A stretch of DNA of 64,000 bases, taken from NCBI GenBank assembly GCA_000708835.1, contig DF237108.1, positions 62,001 to 126,000 of the forward strand, in the 5' to 3' direction. Of the stretch, positions 49,383-60,163 are shown in pieces (position 1 is the first letter of the stretch; every line of letters starts with the position of its first letter). This DNA comes from Klebsormidium nitens. Lineage: Eukaryota > Plantae > Klebsormidiophyceae. The translations under genes and the position numbers were made by a program. The notes under the pieces are model-generated. The model did not search any database, was not told where the DNA came from, and saw only the letters and a program-made list of their open reading frames with translations.

Positions 49383-52300
49383 TTATCTGCAGCTACTCAG
49401 AGACAGGCCGCCGCATATTAGAGAGATGAAAATGTACAGCACCAATAGGATCACTGCCGTCAACACAGCCCTGCAGGAACGATGATTTTGCTGGTCAGCG
49501 GATGTCTTCAGATTCTGAAGAAAGCTTGAGGATAGTAGAACACCAGTGTAACTTGCGCAAGTCAACGAAAACGGATCGTGCCTTAGCGCAAGGAGGGTTC
49601 CGGATCCAAGGAAAGTTGGACTCGACCTTCGCCTAATCGGATGCTTGAACAGACAAAGAAACCCTCGAGTATCCGGAACCTCTGCTTGAAGAATAACGCG
49701 GAATGGACTCCGCACTCCGAGCCGCCATATCTATCAGTTCAACGCACTTCAGGCCCTAAAAGGTAAGCATCTTTTTGCCTTGCGAATCGAACATCTGATA
49801 CAGCTCGTGATCCTACCGAAGCTCGGAGGCAGGTCAACAGAAAGACAAACACGTTTCAACATCATACGAAAGTACGTTCTCGTCAGCTCACGTCAGCTTG
49901 GCGTTCTTGAGCCACATGGCCTGCTTGAGGCGCCGCGACTGCTTCTTGAACCGGAACGCGTCGCCTTGCAGGGAGTCCGTCTTGTCGACCAGCAGCTCAA
50001 TCTTCTCGCCCCGCTCCAGGACCTTGTCTATGTTCTCAACCATTACGCTCTTGACCTGAATCGAGGGAAGGATTGAAGTTAGTCAATCAGACCAAAACTG
50101 ACAGAGTAGGAAAGTCCGTCTGGTTGATCAGCAGCAACATTTTCCCGCCCCACTCCAGGTCGTTGTTTACAATCTCCACCAGCACCCTCTTGACCTGGTT
50201 CAAGAGAAAGGCTAACCTACGAACGGAACCCACAGCATGGTTTTTGCCTTGAGAGACTTACTCGGAATCCAGTTCTGAAGCTAAACCTTCCATCTTACCG
50301 GACCTTAAAGAACGTCTCCTCTGATTATCACGGACAATCTGGACCCCTCCGCCTTTTCAATCCTGGTCGACATTAGCAATTCAATTCGTTTCGCACGTGG
50401 GAGAATTCGACGATTGAATGACAAGAGCAACGCTCGATGACACTGCGTGCCTGGTTCCTCACCCCAGCAATCTACCCCCCGCGCCCACTTGAAAGTGTCA
50501 GCATTGGGATTGTGTTCTACAATCTTACAAGAGTAAAATGGATTGCTGCGGGGCCTAATTCCTCTCACCTCCGCAATTCGTCCCTGCACCCTGTTCATGG
50601 TGTGGGCATTTGGATTCGGTTATGACGATATAAAAGAGCGAAAAGAAATTCTATCACGCCTAGTTCCTTAACTATGCAATCTCCCCCCGCACCCGATTGA
50701 TGGTGTCGGCCTGAAACTTCTTCCGTCACATTGAAGAGCAAAACAAGTCGCGGCCGAGCTTAGTCCTCTTGCTTCTGCAACCTTCCCCCGCACCCGGTCA
50801 GTCACGTCGGAAGTGGCTTTCCTTCTCAAGATCTCGCAAGAACGAAACGCATTGCTGCCATGCTCACTTCCTCTGCAATCTTCCCACGTACCCAATTAAT
50901 GGCGTTCGCATAGCCTTCAATCCCAACAGTTCAAAACAGCAAAATGGATTTGCTGTCACGCCTAGCTCCTCTCAGCTCTGCAATCTCCCTTCGAACCCGG
51001 TTGATGGTGTTGGCATCAAAAAGCAGAACGGGTTTGCTGCCGCGTGTAGTTTCTCTCACCTCTGCAATCCTCTGGTTGACGGGATCTGGCTCCTTCTGTA
51101 CGATCAAACGAGCCAACCAAAACGCTGCCGCCCCTAGTTCCTCTTACCTCAGCAATCTCCCCCCGCACCCGATTGATGGTGTCGGCATTCGGGTTAGTCG
51201 AGAAGTACTCCATCTGCTGCGAGAGCACGCGCGAGAACTCGTCGTTCATCGCGTACGCGAGCGCGGTCTGCGCGACGCGGCCGTACGTCTTGGAGAAGCG
51301 CGTGCTGATCTCCTCCAGAAACGCAAACGGTATCCGCCCTGCAGGGAAGAGATTGCTTCAGCCATCTTGCGTTCTGCTTTTCGAAGTCGAAGGTAACGAC
51401 CCTAGATCCTCCTCGTGGCAGATAAGGAGTTCTCCGCCAAGAAAACGAACGATATCCGCCCTCACGAAAAGGGTTCGTGGTGACCTTTCTTCCACAAGTT
51501 CTGTACTCCCCTTCCCTTCACTCTTAGGGCTTCTTACCGATGCAAAAGCGCACGGCAGTGCTCCAGAAAGAAAAACCACAATTTGCTGTGCAATACATCA
51601 CACTTGTGACCCTGTCTAAATCGTCTCTCACAAACAATCCTTATGGAGGGCGTCTAGAATTTCCTCGTGGCTTGGCAAAAACGTTCGAGGCAGTCATACC
51701 AGCTTTTCAATGCCTTCAGAATACCAAAACGGTCTGCTGATGACAAAGCGGAATCAAGGGCGCTCAGTCACTTCTGGAATGAGGTTTGGGATTTTGAGGG
51801 GGTCGACTTCATCCATATTTGGATAGCAAGAGGGGTGGCTGACTAGAGGGGTTCAGAAAAGGCGGTGGAGGAGGCCCTCGCCCAATGGCTATAGGGAAGA
51901 AAGTGAGGTCAGCTTTAGTATTTCCAAAAAGGTGTGAAGAGCGTAGGCTGCTAGGAAGGCTAGACTTGATGGGGCAAAAGAATCCCAGACCAGGGTTTCC
52001 ACACAAACCTCGCCATGTCACTTATTCCAACAGCCCCTCGGTGTCAGTCCCGAGATTACTAAGTATCCTTCATCCCGCTCTGACAGCTGGATATATGATG
52101 GAAGACGACGAGGCAGGAAGCTTACTTCCAAAGGCGTCGTTGACCATGCAGAGGTAGATGATCCCTCCTGATCGCAAGATGTGGAAGATATGTCGTTCCT
52201 GCAAGGCCCATTTGATCGTTTGTCAGACAAAATTGGTGCAGCTGCTGAAGACCTAGGAACTTTGTTCTTTCCTAGCAATGAGCAGCAAATGACAAACGAG

Positions 52301-53097
52301 AACAAGCAAAGCGACAAGCTGACGAGCTGACGTATACCTCTTCTTCCTGTCAAGCAGTTACGAACCAAGGACAGATGATTTAAGTTTTGGAAAGAGAGCC
52401 GCCAATGACTTTCTACACATAATTGCGCAAGTCAAGCATTGCAGGGTGGATTTGACCCTCTCAAATTCGTTGAGTTGCCCGACAAATTACCGGCCCATCT
52501 TTCATCCACCAGCAATGCAAATCAAGATAGAATTAGGGCGTCAGGTCTGAGATGTGCTGTTTGGTGGGAGACTTTCAATCAATACAGTCAAAAGCCCACT
52601 TTGCCCCCTCAACGGTGCACAACAGGCACGCCCGCAACGGAAAAACCCGGCTCGTGGGCGAAAAGGGGCTCAAAGGGAACTGCAATACTTTGATGCCGAC
52701 ATGGGTAAGCAGAAGGCTTGGAAGAAGAGGCACGAGAGGCATTCTCATTTGTGGGTGATGTTTTCCAATCAAAACAGCACGACTTTGAGAAGTCTCAACT
52801 CGTTCATAGAAAAAGCGCAAATCTCTGCAGGATGCCACATTTCTATTGACGTCACCAGTAGGGGTGACCATTTCTCCATGTTAAAGGGAGCCCAGGAGAT
52901 GTTCATCTTGTGCAACTGGACCTCCCCCCCTGTTTTGAACCTGACTAACATACCTGGGAGTAGGAGGCCCGCGTGTCCCCACCCTCAGGAAACTTCTCGA
53001 GAATGCGCCGAGCAATGGAGCTCGCATTGCCGGCCGAGGCGCTGAACTCTGCGAGCACCACAGTGCCCCGTGCCACAAGGGAGTACAAGATAGGCAT
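49383..53097 (-). CDS. VAMP7: Longin R-SNARE VAMP7, plant VAMP71 type, 219 aa. Exons: 53097-52954, 52198-52126, 51338-51148, 50055-49892, 49470-49383.
   Basis: MPILYSLVARGTVVLAEFS longin start; RIPFAFLEEI; synaptobrevin coil VKSVMVENIDKVLERGEKIELLVDKT; TM helix and CGGLSLSSCR tail typical of VAMP71. Confidence 0.97.
50160..50200 (-). repeat. Degenerate copy of acceptor + head of VAMP7 exon 4, 139 bp upstream of the real one
   Basis: CAG|GTCAAGAGGGTGCTGGTGGAGATTGTAAAC vs real CAG|GTCAAGAGCGTAATGGTTGAGAACATAGAC. Confidence 0.75.
50370..51190 (-). repeat. Donor-side exon-edge array: ~9 copies (84-106 bp spacing) of the 3' end of VAMP7 exon 3
   Basis: The GAGATTGC-like core recurs at plus-strand 51152 (real), 51064, 50980, 50875, 50777, 50676, 50573, 50467, 50376. 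The 50676 copy matches the exon perfectly over 35 nt. Confidence 0.93.
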
Positions 53098-54156
53098 GCT
53101 GCCCTTCTGAAGCTCGGAGATTAGAAGTTCAGTGATTTGAGTAGTGAGTTTTGGATCTTTCTTCCGCAAACTCTGGACTCAGAACAAGCGTATACTCCGG
53201 TATTATGGCTTCTATCTTTCAAACTGATGGAACGGTCGTGACAATTCTTGCTTCTTTGCTAATAGGACGACCTTCTACGAGGCACACTCGGTTTCAATTC
53301 CCGCGACGGCCTTTCAAACCTACAGGGTGAGGTGCTGCTTGCATGGCCTGGTAGCAGCAGACTTTACTTTCCCAGAACGTTTTACAACAAGCAAGTGTCG
53401 CTGTTCAAAAACAATAAAAGACTGGATTTCATGTCAGCAGCGAGGACTCTTCTTGGCCAACTAAAAATATGTGCCGACTAATCTTCGAGCTTAAATCCTG
53501 CTCTCAAGAGTGCCTCACAACGGGCAACAAGCAGATGCGAGCTGATTTGAAGCCTTAGGGCGTCCTGACTTCTCATGTACAAGTGATTTTCCGACTCCCT
53601 GCATGCTGCAATCGAGATTGAAGCTTGTCTTGGCTCAAATATCCTTAGGGTGAAAGAGTTGATTCGTATGCCGTAGCTCGTTTCTAAGCCTTGAAATTCC
53701 TTAACTGGTCAAGCCAAACCGAGTTGTAGGAGCCCGCTTTTGCTACGGCTAATCTACGCTAAACCCGTATCGTTAGACACAAACCAGGATACGGACGGTT
53801 TAGAAGGAGCCATGAAATTAACGAGCAGCTGCAACTTGCAAGCGGGCAGAAACAGGAAGGAGAAGGGTCATAAATTATAATTTAATTTTGGGCCTTCATG
53901 GAAGAACTTCAACAAGAAGAAGGGCAGAAGTGCTTTGGAAATTGAAGGGTAGGTTTTGTAGCTTTGACTTGAACTTGGACGTTGTACTAGTAGCGCCATC
54001 ACAGGCATTGCAGTTTGTCCACAAAAGTAAAAGTATCCTTATTGAATCCTTCATGTGAGAAGCACTCTTCGAGGTGGTCGCATAGATAGCAAACAATTGC
54101 AACAAACTTTTCGCTTCCTTCACCAGCAAAACTTGTGATTTTGTTCAGCTAGCATC

Positions 54157-57100
54157 ATGTTCAACAAAAAGAAAAACTTCCGGCGCAAAGTCTCGGACAG
54201 TGAGCAGGAGGATGGGGCGGGCGGAGATAATGACCAGGGCGTCAGGGTTAAGGAGAAAACCAAGGTTAAGGAGAGCAAACCGCGGGCGCCGAGTTTGCTC
54301 AGCTTTGGGGGGGATGCAGAGGAGGACGGGGATGCATCGGGGGCGGGGGTGAAGCTGAAAAAGGAAAAGAAGAAAAGCATGGTGCCTAGTCACAAAGCCC
54401 TCGGGAGTGCAACTAGAGGGGGGGGTGAAAAGCCGGCGAGTGGGCTGCAGCCTGCGGCGGGCGAGTACACGGCGGAACGGCTGGCAGAGTTGAAAAGCGG
54501 GTTGAGGACGATACCCGGGGGGTTTGCGAAGGAGCCCGAGCCGATAATGGTGCTCAAGGGGGGATTTAAACCTGCGGACTTGGCAGAGAAAGAAGCCCCC
54601 CTGAAAGAGAGGAGTAATCCAGATGCGGCGGGAGTCAGACCCAGCGGTCTGGAGGATTTAACCAGCGGGTTAGGCAAGGGTTTGTCGTACATCCCCGACG
54701 AAGACATGATCCGTGCAGCGAAACTGAAGCGGGAGAAGCTGAGGCAGGCGCAGGCTGCCCCCGATTATGTTCCGCTCGCTTCAGGGGCGCCCAGCGACAG
54801 GCTGGACAAGTACACGGGCGCTGACCCCCCGGAAAGGAAAGAGGACGCCGAGAGCAGTGAGGACGAGGGGGAAGTGCGCACGCGAATGTCGTTTTTGGGG
54901 GACGTAAAAAAACTAGGGGGGGTGGCTGAGAAGGGCGTTTTTGGGGGGGGGGAGCAGCAGATGGATCATGATGACGAAGAAGAGGATCGGTGGGAGATGG
55001 AACAGATGAGAAAAGCGGTGAAGGCCGTCAAGTCGAAGGACGAGAAGAAGGCGCAGGGGGGGGGATCCGGGTGGGGCGATCTGTTGCAGAAGCGGAACAT
55101 TCTCTCGATCTCCAACCAGGGTGAATCGGCGGTGAAAAGCTTGCGAGAGACGCTGTTCAAGATGAAGGAGAGCGAGGCGCGCGCGCGCGCCGCGCTGCGG
55201 CAGAACGAGGAGCGGGTCCAAAGCGCGGAGGAGAGCGTCCGGGAACTAGAGCGGGGAATGACCGAGTCGTCCGAGCGGTACGTCTACGTCCAGAAGCTGC
55301 GGGACTACGTCGCGGAACTGTGCGACTGTCTTCGCGACAAGGGCGCACTGATCGAAGAACTTGAGGAGCAGATGCAGAGACTCCAGGAGGAGCGCGCGTC
55401 AGCGTTAGCCGAGCGACGGGCCGCTGACGTCAGCGCTGAGGTGGCGGAGTCCGAGGCCGCCACGTCAGCGGCGATGGCCGCTCTGGGGCGCGGGGCGGGG
55501 GCCCTGGCCGCGAGCGTCGCGGCCGCTGAGGCTGCTGCCCGGGTTAGGGACGGGTTAGAGCTAACTTCTCAGGTGGACGAGTTTGGGCGTGATGTCAATC
55601 TGCAGAAACGGATGGAGGCGCGGAGAAGAGCAGAAGCGCGGGCGCGCCGGCGGGCGCGCGCGCAGGCGAGGCGCGCGGAGCGAACTCCCGGGCGGGGGGC
55701 GCATGCGAACGGGAACGGGAGAGCTTCCTCTCCTTCGGAGGGGGACCGGTTGGACGGCGAGACGTCCTCTTCGGAGAGCGAGGACGAAGTCTCGGCGTTT
55801 GAGAAGGGGCGCGGGGAGCTCGTCCTGGCGGCCGAAGCCGTGTTCCGGGATGCCGACGAAGAGTTCCGAACGCTTGCCAAAGTGAAAGAGCGGCTCGAGG
55901 AGTGGAAGCGGAAATACCCCGCCGCGTATCGAGACGCGTACGTGTCGCTCAGCGCGCCGGCCCTCTTTGCGCCGTATGTGAAGCTGGAGCTACTGAAGTG
56001 GGATCCGTTACATGGGGAGGCAGGGTTTGACGGCGTGCGGTGGTATCAGGAGTTGTTCGAGTACGGAATGGGAAACTCGAACGGAGCGGAGCCGGATCCG
56101 GATGATGCGGACGCAAACATGGTGCCGACGCTGATCGAGAAGGTGCGTGTTTCTTGCAGCTGATTCTTGATCTCTGGTCGTTTTCCATTTTTCTCGTAGC
56201 GCTCGCTGACAGGTCGCATGTCTTTCTCTTGACGACAACATGCAACTTTTCCCCTTCTTTCTCACAAGTTGCATTCCCTATCTTACTCCACCTAACCACC
56301 AACTGCTGATACTCCAAGCAGAAAACGGACCGTCGAATCTCTCGCTGCCGTGTCCGAAAGGCAAAAATCTGCTCGGAGTTCTCAGTCTCCCGCTACTCAC
56401 TTCCCCGCTTTCTCTGTCAGAACCCGCGAAAAGGAGACCGTGGCTTCCAATCTCCATTCTGGACCTTCACTCCGTTTCGTACTCTGTGTGCGCAGAGCTC
56501 AAATTTGAGTGGTTAACGTGACGGGTCAACCGAGTGCTTTCGTTGATAACTGGTCACAGTCCCTGGTCTGCGCAAGACGATCTTAACCCTTGTTTCAGAT
56601 TTAACTGGTTCTGAGGTTACGGTACTGCGGGGTTCCATGAGTTACGCGTGCCATCCCTAGCCTGCTGGAGATCCAAAATCTGAGATTGGAGTCCACGTTT
56701 TCCTTTCAAGGATCCGTCAGGTCATGTTTTCCATCGTACTGCCGATCGCTTGCCGCCAAGACCCTCAAAGCACAAAACCGACCCTCCGCATCTCCGCTGC
56801 TATGTCCGAATTCCGAACCCGCAAACATTCTGATTCATTCTGATTCGTCTCTTTGCCGCTGTCTCTCTTCAGGTCGCGCTCCCTGTCTTACCCCACCCGA
56901 TTACCTCCTGCTAGGACCCCCAAAGCACGAAACGGACCGTCCGAATCGTCGCTGCCATGTCCGAGATCCGTTCTGAAAACCCTCTTCTTTCTCCTACAGG
57001 TCGCGCTTCCCATCCTACTCCGCCTGATTACCTACTGCCAGGACCCGCAATGCACGAAACGAACCGTCCGATTCGCCTCCGCCGTGTCCGAAATTGTTTC

Positions 57101-58310
57101 CAAAAACTCCTTTTTTCTTTACAGGTCGCGCTTCCCGTCTTACTGCACCTGATCACCTACTGCTGGGACCCCCAAAGCGCCCAACGGACCGTCCGAATCG
57201 CGGCCGCCGTCCAAAATCCCCTCTAAAAAGTTCCCTCTTTTTCTATTACAGGTCGCGCTCCCCATCTTACTCCACCTGATCACTTACTGCTGGGATCCCC
57301 AAAGCACGAAACGGACCGTCCAAATTGCCGCTGCCGTGTCCGAAGTCCAGATCTACGTGCCCCCCGAGTCCGAACCCGTCCGAGATTTACTCTCCGCCGT
57401 CCGATCCCGGATTGCTGACGTGGTCGAGAAGCTGGTCGTGCCCGCGTGGACACCAGCGCTTTTGGCAGCCGCACCCCAGGTGTGAATACCCTCTTTTTGG
57501 TTGCACATGTTTTGAGTTAACAGGGCGAGCTTTGCAGGTGTGAAAAGAGTGCGGTCGTGAGGGCTTTTTGACGCCTGTACGAGCGTTTGCTTGCTTGTGA
57601 ATTGCTGCCCTGGTAAGTGTAGATTAAAGGCAGCCCATGTTCGCTTTCGAAAGCCTACCTTATAGATCATAGCAAGCAGAGAAGGTGTTGATAACAAAGA
57701 ACGCGAGCATTACGAAAAGCGGAAGAGCGGGCAATTGCACTTATGAGTAAAGAGAAAGCACTTTTTTGTTATAACAACCACCCCCGATCGAATTTTGGGT
57801 CTCTTTGATTACTGATGTAGATGTGAACGCCGTTAGGATCGAACGACTTCTTGAGCCACCTTTTTGCCTTCTCAGGCCGTTGCGGTTTCTGCCGAACACT
57901 TTGGCGCCGCAGTGCGCGTCCTCCGCAACATCGTTCTCTGGCGCGACATCTTGCCTCCCGGCGACCTCGAAACCCTGGCGCTCGACCAGCTGGTCGCCGC
58001 AAAACTGCTCCCCCACCTCAGGACGCTCCTGACGACGCCTTCGGACGCTCTCTTGCGGACGGGCCGGCTGGTGTCCGCGCTTGCGGGCGCGTTCACAAAA
58101 CGGGGGGAGGGTTTCGCTGCCAAATTGGCCCCCCTGGTGGAGTTTTTGGACGTCATGGGGAGGGCGCTGGAGGGGCGGAAAGCCGCGGGGGCCGCGTTTG
58201 AGGACACGTTGACGCAGGCAGAGCGGTTGAGGAGATTGTTCGTGGAACTAGAGGCGCGGGACAAGGCCCGGCGGCTGGCCAAGTCGTTCGGGCTGAAAGA
58301 GGAGCAGTAG
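54157..58310 (+). CDS. ILP1: ILP1 / GCFC2-PAXBP1 family (GCFC domain; NTR1-associated splicing factor), ~882 aa. Exons: 54157-56142, 57252-57479, 57876-58310.
   Basis: LLSFGGD, GEYTAERLAELK, WEMEQMRK, YVYVQKLRDYV..LCDCL, DEFGRDVNL, F.DADEEF..L..VKERLEEWK..YP..YRDAY, APYVKLELLKWDPL, W.QELFEYG, DAD...VPTLIEKVALP; phases consistent. Confidence 0.93.
56205..57350 (+). repeat. Acceptor-side exon-edge array: 6-7 copies of acceptor + first ~95 nt of ILP1 exon 2
   Basis: Copies start at 57252 (real), 57125, 57000, 56873, 56721, with degenerate ones near 56380 and 56265. Period 125-127 bp for the proximal four; the proximal copies keep a CAG acceptor. Confidence 0.95.
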
Positions 58311-60163
58311 CGAAAGTCGGATGCGCTGTGCTTTGCACACTTTCGTACAACATGTATATTTCCGCTGCCAAAATCGGTGGGTACCAAGTCTTGGTGACTT
58401 GCTTTGTGGACTGTCGGATCAGGTCGTTTTCTGCCGTGTACGGTCCGGAACGAGGGCAATGCCGGTCTTAATCTACATTGTGTTGGTCCCTGCTTTTTGG
58501 CCTTCAGTGCGCACCCAGTTTGAGGAAGAACCCAGTTGACAGGGTTGCCTGGGCGCGGAGCATATCAGCGTGCACATTGTAGAAGTTGCAACGGCTTATG
58601 CAACCACCGATGTACCGAGTTGGGCCTTGAAGGCAACGGTCCTTGCACTCCGCGCAGCACTTGAAATCAGCAATGGTTGATTACGGCTCCCGCTGCTGCG
58701 TGGTGATACGTTTCCTTTCATGAAAGCCAGGGTCGTTACTTCGAAGCAATGGTGAGCTTTACATCAGCTAGACCTCTAGCTCAGCATGCCCCGACCCCGG
58801 CCAGCCCGGCCGGCCGAGCTAGGATGAAAAGTTCTTGGCCATGTCTACGTATTCTTGCAAGCCGCCAGAGCTTCACGGCCGAGTATGCAGAGAGTAGGTT
58901 TTAGAGCTTAGAATGATCCGCCCTTGATAGAAAGAAACTCCGTGTAGGGTGCAGCCGTCTGTAGCATCAGAGCGAACCGCAGGGCCATGCCTACCATATA
59001 CCTCCACTGTCCGTCTATAACCTGATTGCGGCACTTGGCATGCTTGGCAGTGCATGGCCGGCGATCTTTCTAATGATCATGGCGTACTAACAGGAGGCTC
59101 AGTGCATCCGCGCAGCTGGAATATCGGAGTGTTATAGACTGCAATCTATGACCTTCATGCATTAGCTTGTGATCTCACATAGCTTGAAATGTCCAATTAG
59201 ATGCTTCAAGATTGAAAACACAATTCACATACAAACCCATGCACTGTCGGTCAACGTTGATTGGGGCACGCTTGATACCGCTGTAGACCAGTACTTTTAT
59301 CTAATGCTGTGAGTCACGACACATCAGTGTGGGTCGGATGCATGGAGCTGAAGCCTGGCAAAGAGCTAGAACTATGAGCAGCCAAGCCGCGGCAGGGCCG
59401 CCATTCAAATTTGTTCAACCACGATTGCAAGCCTCGTTTGTTCTCTATTTTAGCATGGTCTTGAAAGTTCGCTTGTGGGCCCACTGACTCGGAGCTTACA
59501 TGGATGACAATCCCGATTTACAAAACACGTTAATAACAATCTAACAAATCCTATACTCCTTATACCCGACTTGGAACCTATACTTGCTGCAACGTTATTT
59601 CCAGTATGTACGATGATTTGAAGGCGAGAAACGACCGGAACAAGCTCCACTTGTTCAATTACATTCTAGTTGGGCTCAAAGTGGCAATCCGCTCGCCCTC
59701 GCCCAAGAGACGCGCATGGATGCTTCGACAATGGCAGGCCGCCTCTTGACCCATCCACACAGTGAGCATCCAAATGCACGCATCAATCCGACATCATCTC
59801 CACCCGCCAATCAGTGGTGGCCTCGCCTCTCACATCCCGCTCACCGAGTTACCTCCGTAGCACTACTAAGCCTGCCCCCAACAGCCCCAGTTGCTGCTCT
59901 CCGCTAACCCCCCGAAAACGTCATCTTCGCTGGTATGACATCAGCGCCATGTTACCCGACGGCCGACTCTCCCCTTGCCTCAAACCCTTTCCCGCGAGAA
60001 AGGACGTTCTCGAGCACGGCTATATTGGCCCCCAGGCCGGCACCCTTGCATATTTGAGAGTCGTCCTAACCGGAGCCAACCCGAATGAGGCCAGGTTTGA
60101 CCAAACCCCTCTTAACCATACCGTATGGTCATCCCCCGCAACTCTGTTGAAACCCTTCGTTCT

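Noticed and set aside
56489-56574. Possible MITE (8-bp inverted ends TGCGCAGA/TCTGCGCA) interrupting the ILP1 array
   Set aside because: Inverted repeat is too short, with no target-site duplication and no second copy in the window.
50370-57350. CRISPR-like interpretation of the polarised ~100-127 bp arrays
   Set aside because: Eukaryotic context; whole units are homologous to host exons, with no repeat-unique-spacer alternation and no cas genes.
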